In this document: positions 1-9,472 of the stretch, piece by piece | Layout of the letters: each line of letters starts with the position of its first letter | Numbering within the stretch: position 1 is the stretch's first letter | Sequence record: MT446415.1 | Reading direction: 5' to 3' (one strand) | DNA length: 64,000 bases | Source: Escherichia virus TH44 | The notes under the pieces: generated by a model | Seen by the model: the letters and a program-made list of their open reading frames with translations, nothing else | What the model was told of the DNA's origin: nothing | Databases searched by the model: none | Made by a program: the position numbers and the translations under genes

Positions 1-7
1 AAGAATA

Positions 8-265
8 ATGGCTGTTGGATTTGCAAAAGATGGTGCTGAACAGTTAGAGATGGAAGCGGTTGTCCAAGCCGCTATCACCCACGCTCGTAAGCAAGTTGCA
101 GTTGAAAGGGAGTCTGCTGAATTCTGTTTTGACTGCGACGAAAAAATTCCTGAAGCGCGGAGACAAGCGATTAAAGGCGTGATATATTGTGTTGGTTGTC
201 AATCAATGCATGATGAAATTTTTAAACGTGAGCCACGAAATTGTTGGCACAGGAGCATGAGATGA
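8..265 (+). CDS. TraR/DksA-type C4 zinc-finger protein (may be truncated at window edge)
   Basis: 85 aa; C-x2-C-x17-C-x2-C spacing 'CFDCDEKIPEARRQAIKGVIYCVGC' typical of TraR/DksA zinc fingers. Confidence 0.5.
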   Translation: MAVGFAKDGAEQLEMEAVVQAAITHARKQVAVERESAEFCFDCDEKIPEARRQAIKGVIYCVGCQSMHDEIFKREPRNCWHRSMR

Positions 266-356
266 TTTACTATCTTGAATCTTGGGCTTGGTTAACAATG
301 ACCGTAGGACCTGTTTTAATTGGTTTATTCTTTTCATGGTTAGCGAGGAAACTGTA

Positions 357-554
357 ATGTTATATGACCCGAGTGGTAATTCTGAAGATGGTATTATTGT
401 CCTCTTGGCAGATGTTGAAGAATCCGACGATGACATCTTTGTTAAAGATTGGGAAGAAAAAGGTGGAATCACAATCCAGCAAGAAAATGATATGATTTGT
501 CTGAATGCAGACCAAGTCGAAGAGCTTTATAGTATTTTAAAACATAACCGTTGA
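357..554 (+). CDS. hypothetical acidic protein
   Basis: ATG with upstream GAGGA; in frame with track ORF 282..554. Confidence 0.4.
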   Translation: MLYDPSGNSEDGIIVLLADVEESDDDIFVKDWEEKGGITIQQENDMICLNADQVEELYSILKHNR

Positions 555-564
555 GGAACAGAAA

Positions 565-1125
565 ATGATTATTGAAACAACTGAATTGTTTGGCGAACTG
601 ACCGCTGAAGTAGTTAATAATGCAATTGAGCTTTGTCAAGAAGACGATAAAATCGTACTGACTATCCAAGATATTAAACCACTTTATGATTTAATGGTTT
701 TGGATAGACACGATTATCTTAATGGTCGTGCTAGTGCTCCTATTGATATCAATGATGATATGTATGCCTATATCTATAAAAATGAAGCTGGGTTTAATCT
801 GGAAAATGGTATTGAATGTCTGAGCATCAGCGATTCTGATAAATTCTTTGATTGTATCTTCAAACTCTTCCAGGAAGAATGCAAGCCAGAAGTTGAATGG
901 AAAGTACCAGGTCAAGATGCGCTGATTCGCTCCAGTGAAACCTTTGATGGCGACGAAGAAGAATTGAATTATAATACTGAACTGTCTGTTGTTCAACATG
1001 GCGGCCGTGACCAACTATGTATTACCCAAGTACACGATGGTTTTAATGAAGTGGTATTTACTAAAGACGAGCTAAAAGTTTTAGTCTCTTATCTGAACTC
1101 TGTTATCCCAACTATGAACGCTTAA
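565..1125 (+). CDS. hypothetical protein
   Basis: 186 aa ORF, tightly packed with neighbours, same strand. Confidence 0.55.
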   Translation: MIIETTELFGELTAEVVNNAIELCQEDDKIVLTIQDIKPLYDLMVLDRHDYLNGRASAPIDINDDMYAYIYKNEAGFNLENGIECLSISDSDKFFDCIFKLFQEECKPEVEWKVPGQDALIRSSETFDGDEEELNYNTELSVVQHGGRDQLCITQVHDGFNEVVFTKDELKVLVSYLNSVIPTMNA

Positions 1126-1135
1126 GGAAAATATT

Positions 1136-1588
1136 ATGATTATCAATGCAAACTCTTGGCACGTTAAATTACACGACCGTTTTTACGACCGTAATTCTCG
1201 ACCACACTCTCTGTGTGCTTATTTCTGGAAAATGGTTTGGGCTTGTTTTGCTTGTGCTGTTGTTGCAGGTAGTACGCTTTTTGGATTAACTGTTGCAGGG
1301 GCTGGGGTATTAGAGCATTTCTTTGTATTAAGTACTCCTGTTCTGTTGAGTCTCGGGTTTGTTTTAGGGTTGGCTACGATAGCTCTTATTATTGCGCTAT
1401 CCATTGGTTTGGCATTAGGTGCGATGAATTTACACGCATGGTATGATGCACGTATAGAAGAAAAGGAATGGCAACGTATTCTAGCCAAACGTGAAGGAAA
1501 GGAAATTAAAGAAAATATCGTCATTCAATATATCAAAGCTCGTAAATCTAAGATGTGTCCGGTAATCCATTTTGAGGCGAAGAAATGA
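1136..1588 (+). CDS. membrane protein
   Basis: 150 aa; two long hydrophobic segments followed by charged C-terminus; stop overlaps next start. Confidence 0.55.
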   Translation: MIINANSWHVKLHDRFYDRNSRPHSLCAYFWKMVWACFACAVVAGSTLFGLTVAGAGVLEHFFVLSTPVLLSLGFVLGLATIALIIALSIGLALGAMNLHAWYDARIEEKEWQRILAKREGKEIKENIVIQYIKARKSKMCPVIHFEAKK

Positions 1589-2595
1589 GAACAGTTATGA
1601 AAGGCTACTTCGGTAGCCATCTTTATGGAACAAGTACCCCGGAATCTGATGTCGATTTTAAAGAAATCTTTGTTCCGCATCCTCGTGATATTCTACTTGG
1701 GACGGCGATGAACCATACCAACCTGAATACGAATAACACGGCCACCAAAAATACAAAAGATGATGTTGACCATGAGCTTTACAGCCTGAAATATTTCTTT
1801 AAACTGGCGGCCGAAGGCGAAACCGTTGCTCTGGATATGATTCACACCCCGGCTGACCTGGTTGTCAAATCCGATTTACCGGATGTATGGAAGTTTATTC
1901 AAGACAACCGTTCGCGGTTTTATACAACTAACATGAAAGCCTATTTGGGGTATGTCCGTAAGCAAGCTTCCAAATATGGTGTTAAAGGTTCTCGTCTGGC
2001 TGCTCTGCGTGGTGTACTGGCAATCGTTAACCAGATTCCTGAACAGTGGGTCGACTATCAAGAAGGAATCCCTGATAGACTTCGTCGTACTAAGGTAGAA
2101 GATATCAAACACAGACTCCCTGAAAACGAGTTCTGTGAATGGGTATTCCATAACCATGAGAAAACAGGTCCACAAACGTTCTATACTGTTCTCGGACGTA
2201 AGTACCAAACAACGTTATCAATTACAGAGCTTAAGCAATCTCTGAATAAACTTGATGCTGAATATGGTGAACGTGCTCGTAAGGCAGAAGCCAATGAAGG
2301 TATTGACTGGAAAGCTCTGAGTCACGCTTATCGCGCAGGGTATCAATTGATGGAAATCTACCAAACAGGTGACTTGGTGTTCCCATTGCGCGAAGCCTCT
2401 ATCATTAAGCTGATTAAAGCCGGTGAATTACCATTTAAAGAAGTTCAAGAACTTCTTGAAGATACTGTTGATTTGGTTGAAGTTCTGGCTATCCAGGCTC
2501 ATAAGAACGGTATGCCTGAGAAGGTAGACATGAAGTTCTGGGACAAGTTCGTTGAAGAGGTATATCTTGACAACCACAACTCTTATTATCGATAA
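1585..2595 (+). CDS. putative nucleotidyltransferase (Pol-beta superfamily-like)
   Basis: 336 aa; N-terminal 'GSHLYGTSTPESDVDF' matches G[SG]-x9-13-D-x-[DE] NTase signature; helical C-terminal region. Confidence 0.55.
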   Translation: MRTVMKGYFGSHLYGTSTPESDVDFKEIFVPHPRDILLGTAMNHTNLNTNNTATKNTKDDVDHELYSLKYFFKLAAEGETVALDMIHTPADLVVKSDLPDVWKFIQDNRSRFYTTNMKAYLGYVRKQASKYGVKGSRLAALRGVLAIVNQIPEQWVDYQEGIPDRLRRTKVEDIKHRLPENEFCEWVFHNHEKTGPQTFYTVLGRKYQTTLSITELKQSLNKLDAEYGERARKAEANEGIDWKALSHAYRAGYQLMEIYQTGDLVFPLREASIIKLIKAGELPFKEVQELLEDTVDLVEVLAIQAHKNGMPEKVDMKFWDKFVEEVYLDNHNSYYR

Positions 2596-2790
2596 CCAGG
2601 AAATCAAGGTCTTCTTATCATATGGAAGACCTCATAAAGGTCGCCGCTGGTATCTCGAAGCAGTCTGTCGGGAAACTGGTCGTCGAGTCAATATTAAGTA
2701 CACATGCAAACCAACTCCCAAGCAAACTCGCAGGTTTGTCAACTGGGCTATCAATACTATAAGATTCCATAATTTTTGGAGTGCAATCTA

Positions 2791-2816
2791 AGGACCCTTC
2801 GGGGTCCTTTTTTATT
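2791..2816 (+). terminator. rho-independent terminator (UUCG tetraloop hairpin + T-tract)
   Basis: aggaccc-ttcg-gggtcct followed by TTTTTT. Confidence 0.75.
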
Positions 2817-2827
2817 TTAAAAAGTAG

Positions 2828-2856
2828 TGTACAACCAGATGGTCATGAGGCATAAT
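2828..2856 (+). promoter_or_regulatory. early-type promoter (TGTACA -35, 17-bp spacer, CATAAT -10) with conserved leader
   Basis: sigma70-like spacing; leader 'CCATACTGAGTTACCAAA' then GGAGA SD and ATG at 2898. Confidence 0.6.
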
Positions 2857-2897
2857 GATTCCATACTGAGTTACCAAATAAACAAACGGAGAATAAA

Positions 2898-3104
2898 ATG
2901 TTAGAATTAATCAAAGCTGCTGGTGAAAAAGGTCTGATGGTTAACACTCGTGACCCAGAACAACGTCAAGCATTTGGTGAGTTAAAAGCCAAAGGGCTGG
3001 TTAAAGCATCCCTTGGTATTGGTAATGCTTTGCGTGTGACTTTGACCCCTGCAGGTAAAGCAATGTTCTTCCCTAAACCATTACCAAAACGTCGTCGCAA
3101 GTGA
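2898..3104 (+). CDS. hypothetical protein, basic C-terminus
   Basis: 68 aa; preceded by promoter/leader/SD. Confidence 0.5.
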   Translation: MLELIKAAGEKGLMVNTRDPEQRQAFGELKAKGLVKASLGIGNALRVTLTPAGKAMFFPKPLPKRRRK

Positions 3105-3110
3105 GGAATT

Positions 3111-3413
3111 ATGAAGAAGTATGAACTTGACATGATTGATGCATGTCTGAAATCTGCTGACCATTTTAAGTTGAAAATGCACAAGTTAAGAGGAATGATC
3201 AAAACTCCAGAAGAGAAGAAGCGATATGCTCTGAAGGAGAAATGTAAAGCTCTTATCATGATGGATAAGCTGCAAATGGTCGCCGCAGAAGCCCACAGGA
3301 CACGTAAAGCTGAGGCCCTTGGTGTTTATATGGCAGAGCAGCTTCATCGCGCCCAGCAAGCTGTTAAGAGCGTCTGGTTCAGCGGTGAAAATACTGAAAG
3401 AACTTTTAATTAA
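3111..3413 (+). CDS. hypothetical protein
   Basis: 100 aa ORF with SD. Confidence 0.5.
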   Translation: MKKYELDMIDACLKSADHFKLKMHKLRGMIKTPEEKKRYALKEKCKALIMMDKLQMVAAEAHRTRKAEALGVYMAEQLHRAQQAVKSVWFSGENTERTFN

Positions 3414-3416
3414 ATG

Positions 3417-3445
3417 TGTACATAGTATGGGGATAGACGTATAAT
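3417..3445 (+). promoter_or_regulatory. early-type promoter with class-A leader
   Basis: TGTACA-17-TATAAT; -10 flanked by inverted repeat agtatgggga/ttcccatact. Confidence 0.6.
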
Positions 3446-3481
3446 GTTCCCATACTGAGTTACCAAATACTGGAGAATAAA

Positions 3482-4006
3482 ATGGAAGCCAAATCAATCT
3501 TTAATCTGATTAATTACAATAATGGTAATTTTAAATCAGAAGCACAAAGTAAGTTCTTTAATGATGTTGCTTGTGCAGGCGAGATTACAGTATCAGGTGG
3601 TCAGACTTATAAAAACGCCTGGAACTGGATTGTGACTGTTGATTCAGTTGGTATTGTTGATGTGTATAAAAACACCAACAAAAACCGCTCTTTGTTCTGG
3701 TCAAGAGAGACTAATGCAGAATATCAAGCGGCAAGAGCAAAGAAAAATATGCCTACTGAATCTGATGTACAAAACATCAAATCAGATATTCAATATTATG
3801 ATGGTCTGATTGCTGAACAACAAGCGGTGCTTGATAAGTTCAATGAAATCAAGGCGTGTAAAGAGATTCCTGAATTCATGAGGGAATCAGTTAATGAACA
3901 ATACAATCTCACTTCAGAGCGTATTGAAACCTATACCAAACAAAGAGCAGAGCGCCAGGTACTCCTTCAGAAGTTTGAAGAGCGTTTAAAGACGGTTCTC
4001 GCATAA
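3482..4006 (+). CDS. hypothetical protein with C-terminal coiled-coil
   Basis: 174 aa; C-terminal ~70 aa heptad-like helical segment. Confidence 0.6.
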   Translation: MEAKSIFNLINYNNGNFKSEAQSKFFNDVACAGEITVSGGQTYKNAWNWIVTVDSVGIVDVYKNTNKNRSLFWSRETNAEYQAARAKKNMPTESDVQNIKSDIQYYDGLIAEQQAVLDKFNEIKACKEIPEFMRESVNEQYNLTSERIETYTKQRAERQVLLQKFEERLKTVLA

Positions 4007-4069
4007 ACGCTTTATACCAAGGATGGTATAATGGTTCTGACCTTTGATTAATCTATTGAGGAAATTATT

Positions 4070-4918
4070 ATGTCACAAGCAATTAATGAAATTCGTTCTG
4101 AAGTTAAAAACGCTGTTAAATTCACAGGACGTATTCCAAGCACTAAAGATGTGGTTTTAAATGTTCTGTATATGATGTGGAATAAGTTCAATGTTTGTAC
4201 TAATTCTGCTGAATTCACTAAAATCTTTGAAAAGACCAAAGGTCTTCTTACATTAGAAGACCGAGTCATGAAATCTCTTCATCGTTCAGGTATGTTGTCT
4301 CGTGCTAATGCCAAAATTATTCTTAAAAAATATAACAAAGGCTATGACCTTTATGGTCGTGCGATTAGCACCATGACGTTTGATGAAGTGGTTAAAGACC
4401 TTTGGAAGAACCAACGTCGTTTACTGGCGCTTGGTGCGCGTCTTGCGAGTGGTCAAGATAAACAAATGACCTTTAAAACCAATAATTCTTTAGATTATAA
4501 ACTATTTAATGTTATTAAAGGTCAAAATGAAGGCGAATACAGTATTTCTTCTTTTAGTGGATGTCAATACGAAAACTGGAAATTCCATCTTCGTTTGGCG
4601 TTGTCTGTACTGGAATGCCACGGTGTTCTTACCTTTTATGATGTTCAAACTGGAGGCGTCCAGCGTATTAAATTATGTCAAATTAAAGACCAAGTTGAAG
4701 CCAGCCCTTCAGAACAAGCTCCTAAAATGGAACCTGTTCCAGTGCGAAGCAATGAAAAATATTCAGAGCAAATTGAGCTTTTCACTAAACAGATTGAAGA
4801 ACTTAACATCACCATCCAGCAACAAGATGATGAAATTTTCCGCCTGACAGGGTTGAACAGCGCAGCGAAAGCTGAACGTCAGAAACTGATGAACGTTATT
4901 GAATTGCTTAAGGATTAA
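4070..4918 (+). CDS. hypothetical protein with C-terminal coiled-coil
   Basis: 282 aa; globular N-terminal region, C-terminal amphipathic helix ending LLKD. Confidence 0.6.
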   Translation: MSQAINEIRSEVKNAVKFTGRIPSTKDVVLNVLYMMWNKFNVCTNSAEFTKIFEKTKGLLTLEDRVMKSLHRSGMLSRANAKIILKKYNKGYDLYGRAISTMTFDEVVKDLWKNQRRLLALGARLASGQDKQMTFKTNNSLDYKLFNVIKGQNEGEYSISSFSGCQYENWKFHLRLALSVLECHGVLTFYDVQTGGVQRIKLCQIKDQVEASPSEQAPKMEPVPVRSNEKYSEQIELFTKQIEELNITIQQQDDEIFRLTGLNSAAKAERQKLMNVIELLKD

Positions 4919-5002
4919 TAATGGAATGGCTTGCTGTTCTTGGTTATGTAATCATCGCCACAGGTATTCTGTGGCTGATATTCTCAAATATTGTAGGTTA
5001 AT

Positions 5003-5218
5003 ATGGAAATAGTAGGTTTTATTCTCCTTTACTTTGTGCTAGGATTCATAACGACCATTATCATTCATAAATCGGGTGATTGGAATCCAATCGAAATTGA
5101 ATCAAGCTATGACGCAGTATTCATTACACTAGTATGGCCTCTGCTTTGGTTTGTTTGGGCAATTATGATGGTGTTTTGGCCTATTGCTAAATTCTATGAA
5201 AAATTATTTGGACTATGA
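5003..5218 (+). CDS. small membrane protein
   Basis: 71 aa, two hydrophobic helices. Confidence 0.4.
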   Translation: MEIVGFILLYFVLGFITTIIIHKSGDWNPIEIESSYDAVFITLVWPLLWFVWAIMMVFWPIAKFYEKLFGL

Positions 5219-5219
5219 T

Positions 5220-6104
5220 ATGAAAATTAAAACTCGCGCTGAATATGCTAGTAGTTATGGACCATATGACGGTCGTGTGACTCGTCTTATCGCAATGAAT
5301 TCTTTGGTTAACTTTGGCAAAATCAAATCAGGTTCTGCTACCCAGGGGTATGGTCAACGTATTGTAAGAATTAACTCTCTGAATGATTACTGCCGTCGCC
5401 CGGCGTTTTTGTTTGGTGCCACGGTTCGTAAGAGTATCAAGGAAATCCTGGCTGCTGGATTTCGTATTCGCAAAGCTCCGGTTAACATCAAGAACTATAA
5501 TTTTAACTCTGACAACTTGATTATCAATATCAATTATGATGGTGTACAGATTAAGTTCAAACCAACCACTAAGGGTGATGTTGCTCTTTGTGATACCTTT
5601 AAAGAGGTTATGGGTATTGCTCTGTTTTATATGCGTCATGCCGTTGAAGCATACACGTTTGAAGAAGATACAAATTATATCCATCAAACAGAAAAATTCC
5701 TTAAAACCGTAACTATCGATATTAAACTGACAAAGGAATATCTTTTGTCTTATGCACCTTATCAAGAGAAAAAGGAACCAGAAATGGCGGAACGTATCCC
5801 TACTGCGACATATAACCCATCAGTTACAGGTCAGTTTAAATCTTACGACCAGGCTAAAATTTCACCGCTGGACGTTAAAAATATGTATCAATGGAAAATC
5901 CAGCCAAACAGCTCTCTTGAAATCTTTAACCCACCAATGAAGCCTATTGAGAGCTATCATGCTGATGCTATCCAGGAATCAGTCAACCGCTTAAATGGTC
6001 TGATTGAAGATGAGAAAAAGGGTATCCAGGATGTTCTGAATCGCATCAAGAACATGGAAAAACAACGCAATAAATTGCAAGCTGCAATCAAAGCATTAAA
6101 ATAA
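5220..6104 (+). CDS. hypothetical protein with C-terminal coiled-coil
   Basis: 294 aa; ATG overlaps upstream stop (TGATATG); C-terminal helix ending KALK. Confidence 0.6.
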   Translation: MKIKTRAEYASSYGPYDGRVTRLIAMNSLVNFGKIKSGSATQGYGQRIVRINSLNDYCRRPAFLFGATVRKSIKEILAAGFRIRKAPVNIKNYNFNSDNLIININYDGVQIKFKPTTKGDVALCDTFKEVMGIALFYMRHAVEAYTFEEDTNYIHQTEKFLKTVTIDIKLTKEYLLSYAPYQEKKEPEMAERIPTATYNPSVTGQFKSYDQAKISPLDVKNMYQWKIQPNSSLEIFNPPMKPIESYHADAIQESVNRLNGLIEDEKKGIQDVLNRIKNMEKQRNKLQAAIKALK

Positions 6105-6105
6105 T

Positions 6106-6135
6106 GTTTACTTCCAAGGATGGAGGGAGTATAAT
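6106..6135 (+). promoter_or_regulatory. promoter (GTTTAC ... CAAGGATG ... TATAAT)
   Basis: GTTTAC -35-like, TATAAT -10; 'CAAGGATG' spacer element recurs at ~4017, ~13052 and ~17995. Confidence 0.5.
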
Positions 6136-6162
6136 GAATTCCTACTTTATGAGGAGAACACT

Positions 6163-7152
6163 ATGACACGTAACGAATATATCCAGGCCTTTAACTCAAC
6201 TATCGACACAAAAGTAAAACCATTAATAGGTGAATCGGCTATCCTTTTAATTATCAATTACTGGTTAAATCAGATTGACTCGACGATTGTTGCATCTGGT
6301 CGCTTCAAGAAAGACATTGCAACTATTGCGAGTCGTGCTGGTAACGATGATATCAAGAAAACTTTTAAAAGTTCCCGAGTCCTGGCATACCTGGTTAATA
6401 AAGACCTTCTTAATAAGTTTGGTGTTGAATCCAGACGTGGTAAAGGTACAATTGGATATCATTGGTTTGGTGATGTTGAAAAATACTACCTTGATAAACA
6501 AGGCTATACTGTTTCTGAATTCGCACATTGCTGGGCTCGTGAATTCAGAGATAACAAAATGTCTATCATAAAATCAGCGACAAAATTGATGGATGGCGAT
6601 TATCGCACTATCTGTCATTTGGCAGAGCACATGGTCAAGGTTAAAGAGTCTGGTAAAAACCAGGTAATTATTACAGTTAATCATGAGTTCTTTACTCCAG
6701 TGGCTACTCCAGAAAATGTCAAAAAGTATTTTGATGCTGCGAGCACGCTTACTTCACAGATGCAGTGTGCCCTTAACTATATGCGCACTGTTGAAAAAAT
6801 TAAAGTAGACCCTATCACCAGTACTCGTGGTTGGAAAGGTTGGAAAATTGTGGTGACATTGCGTGAAGTTAAATGCGCAAAACAACCAACTGATGCAGAA
6901 ATTTATAAAAAGAAAAGTGAGGAAATTATGAATGCACCGCAAGAAACCACCCTTGAAGACCTGATTGATAATCTGAACAATGAGCCAGTGAAACAAAAAG
7001 CGCCTGAAATTATTGCTCTGGAAATGGCGTATAATAAAGCTCTTGCTGTTAATAAAAAGGCAACTGAAGATTATACAAAAGCCAAGCGACTTTGGGAAGA
7101 ATCAACTAATCGTCTGGATAAACTGGAACAGGCTCTGGAGCTGCTGAAATGA
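6163..7152 (+). CDS. hypothetical protein with C-terminal coiled-coil
   Basis: 329 aa; C-terminal helix ending ELLK. Confidence 0.6.
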   Translation: MTRNEYIQAFNSTIDTKVKPLIGESAILLIINYWLNQIDSTIVASGRFKKDIATIASRAGNDDIKKTFKSSRVLAYLVNKDLLNKFGVESRRGKGTIGYHWFGDVEKYYLDKQGYTVSEFAHCWAREFRDNKMSIIKSATKLMDGDYRTICHLAEHMVKVKESGKNQVIITVNHEFFTPVATPENVKKYFDAASTLTSQMQCALNYMRTVEKIKVDPITSTRGWKGWKIVVTLREVKCAKQPTDAEIYKKKSEEIMNAPQETTLEDLIDNLNNEPVKQKAPEIIALEMAYNKALAVNKKATEDYTKAKRLWEESTNRLDKLEQALELLK

Positions 7153-7463
7153 AACAACGTTTAGCTGAAGATATTGCTTCATCATCTAATACCGGTTTAT
7201 TGGAATTTATTAAAGCCGAGGATGTTGAAGCTGAATTGGTTGGTAAGATTCATGGCTGTGATGATTATAGCCAAGATATTCCCGATTGGAATGCTATTAT
7301 TAAAATTGTCGAACGTCGTGAAAAAGCTTCTAAGAACGTTCCGAACTGTCCTATGTGTGGAACTGAACAGGTCCAGTTGGTTCAATGGCGGCATAATCCG
7401 CTTCAGTATAAATGTCGCATGTGTAAACACAAATTTGAGCGAGACGAAAATGGCAAAGCGTAA
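7149..7463 (+). CDS. zinc-ribbon protein
   Basis: 104 aa; C-terminal CPMC...CRMC pair. Confidence 0.5.
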   Translation: MKQRLAEDIASSSNTGLLEFIKAEDVEAELVGKIHGCDDYSQDIPDWNAIIKIVERREKASKNVPNCPMCGTEQVQLVQWRHNPLQYKCRMCKHKFERDENGKA

Positions 7464-7695
7464 AGAATATGTTGAGACCGCCGAAAGGGTGGTCCGCGAA
7501 CTTGCTCTGGCTTATTATAAAGAACATGGTAAATTCCCGGATAGTTATTCGGTATTGAAATCTGCTTTAACTCGTTCGTATAATAATATCCTTACTGAAG
7601 TGCATGATATCAGAAATGCACACCTTAAAGAAACTGGAACAGAGCTTGACCGCTCTGAAGTATTCAAACAAGTATTAGGAATTCAAGATGTTTAA
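7450..7695 (+). CDS. hypothetical protein
   Basis: 81 aa, ATG in frame with track ORF 7174..7695. Confidence 0.45.
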   Translation: MAKRKEYVETAERVVRELALAYYKEHGKFPDSYSVLKSALTRSYNNILTEVHDIRNAHLKETGTELDRSEVFKQVLGIQDV

Positions 7696-7951
7696 AATTT
7701 ATGGTTACGATTCAAACATTCATCGTTGCGTTTTCTGCGATAATGCAAAACGTTTACTTGACGTTAAAAAACAACCTTATGAGTTCATCAATGTTATGCC
7801 GGAAAAAGGTGTGTTTGATGATGAGAAGATTGCTCAACTCCTGTCTGCACTTGGTCGTGAATCTCAAATTGGTTTGACCATGCCACAGGTATTTGCCCCT
7901 GATGGAAGTCATATTGGCGGCTTTGACCAACTGCGAGCATATTTCAAATGA
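7688..7951 (+). CDS. nrdC: thioredoxin/glutaredoxin NrdC
   Basis: 87 aa; strongly resembles T4 NrdC as recalled (MFK.YGYDSN...C..CDNAKRLL...[18 protein letters not shown]). Confidence 0.9.
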   Translation: MFKIYGYDSNIHRCVFCDNAKRLLDVKKQPYEFINVMPEKGVFDDEKIAQLLSALGRESQIGLTMPQVFAPDGSHIGGFDQLRAYFK

Positions 7952-8111
7952 TTGAATTAATGTTGGGTGTTTTGTATCTTATCATCGGTATTGGTTATGC
8001 TAAGACCCTAGCTAAATTAGATGATTTCGGTGCAGGTGACTTTTGCTGGTGGCTGACGTCTATGATTTGTTGGCCTTTATTTCTGGTTGGTGCTTCATTC
8101 TGGAACTTTAA

Positions 8112-8300
8112 ATGACCGAATTTGATATGGCCTATGAAACCTGCGCAAGAGAGTTTGCAAGAGAGTTTGATACTCCTGCGCCTAGTAAAGAAACCGTATT
8201 GGCAAATCTCCCGGATTGGTTAAAAGAAGAAGCCAACAAATGGGGTTGGACTGATACTTGTGTACGTGACCAGCTATTTGAATTTATGGTGGAATTATGA
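8112..8300 (+). CDS. hypothetical protein
   Basis: 62 aa ORF. Confidence 0.4.
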   Translation: MTEFDMAYETCAREFAREFDTPAPSKETVLANLPDWLKEEANKWGWTDTCVRDQLFEFMVEL

Positions 8301-8605
8301 GTGAATTAGACGGACAAACAATTTATCTGGGTGACGGTAAAGAAGACGACCTGGAATATAAACTCTATGAATACATGGTAGCCCTGGCGAAAGAAGAAGG
8401 TATCGATTTTGCTGTGGCTAACCCGTATGGTGAGAACACTGTTGTAATTGGTGGCACTGCTTATGAAGTCCAATGGCAATATGTTGGACTTGAATCTGAA
8501 ATATACGAAGAAGATAAGCATGGCGATTGGCATCCGGTTGGTCCTTGGTACTGGGACGACGGCGAGCCTGATTTTGAAGTAAGCAGTTATTGGTGTGACC
8601 GTTAA
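8297..8605 (+). CDS. hypothetical acidic protein
   Basis: 102 aa; overlapping start/stop with neighbours. Confidence 0.5.
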   Translation: MSELDGQTIYLGDGKEDDLEYKLYEYMVALAKEEGIDFAVANPYGENTVVIGGTAYEVQWQYVGLESEIYEEDKHGDWHPVGPWYWDDGEPDFEVSSYWCDR

Positions 8606-8894
8606 GCCATGGTATACCGCTCGATGGGAAACTGTCGAGCCAGAGGAACCTGTTTACAACGATTCCGAAATAGATTATAATGAACCTTCAAACAATGATT
8701 TAATCGATATGAGGTTTGGATATGAGTACCAAAATTGAAGTTGGCCGTCACAAAGGCCGTCTGATTGAACATTCACTTTACGAATTGTCGGATTCTCGTA
8801 AGTTACCCGATGAAGAATCTGCTTTAATTTTTGCTGCAGCTGACTACATTCATTGGCTTGAAGCACAACTCCGCTTTTCTGATGAGGCCTTTTA

Positions 8895-9167
8895 ATGTTT
8901 TTAGAAATTGTTAATATTCATGCTGCTGCTCAATCAGGTTTTATGAAAGAGCTTCAAGACGCAGGATTTAAAAATGGCGATGTTATCCAGGCATTAAGAC
9001 AACGTTTTGACCCTGATGTTGAATGTAATGTTTGGGACGTTGTTGAAACAGATGAATACCTTTTTGATACCATAGAAATTGAAGGGTCATGGGCCTGTAT
9101 CACTGAGTATATGATAATTGATAATGGTAACGTTGAATGTCATTATCCTTGTTTTAGGATTGTTTAA
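8895..9167 (+). CDS. hypothetical protein
   Basis: 90 aa ORF. Confidence 0.45.
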   Translation: MFLEIVNIHAAAQSGFMKELQDAGFKNGDVIQALRQRFDPDVECNVWDVVETDEYLFDTIEIEGSWACITEYMIIDNGNVECHYPCFRIV

Positions 9168-9472
9168 TGAAAACTGCATTAGTCTATACCGAAAAGTTAA
9201 ACGGTGACAAGGTCTGGAAACTTCTTATTAAAGGAAGTCCTACTGACCAGTTTATGGCCACCTGTGTGGGATTGTATACTCGTCCTACCAAAAAGATGAT
9301 TCGACAATTTAAACGGTTACATCGCTCGTTCTATGGGGTCTGATATGGATGCTCTTATTACGGTATTTTGGGCCGGAGTTGCTTTATTCGGATTGTTGTT
9401 AGTGCTAAGTTGCACTGCTAAACTATTAGGATATTAATAAATACCCTTATCTAATAATGGTAAGGGTTGATT

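Noticed and set aside
2552-2791. 79-aa basic ORF overlapping the 3' end of the nucleotidyltransferase-like gene
   Set aside because: It starts only at TTG, has no convincing SD and overlaps the upstream gene by 44 nt; left uncalled pending evidence of translation.
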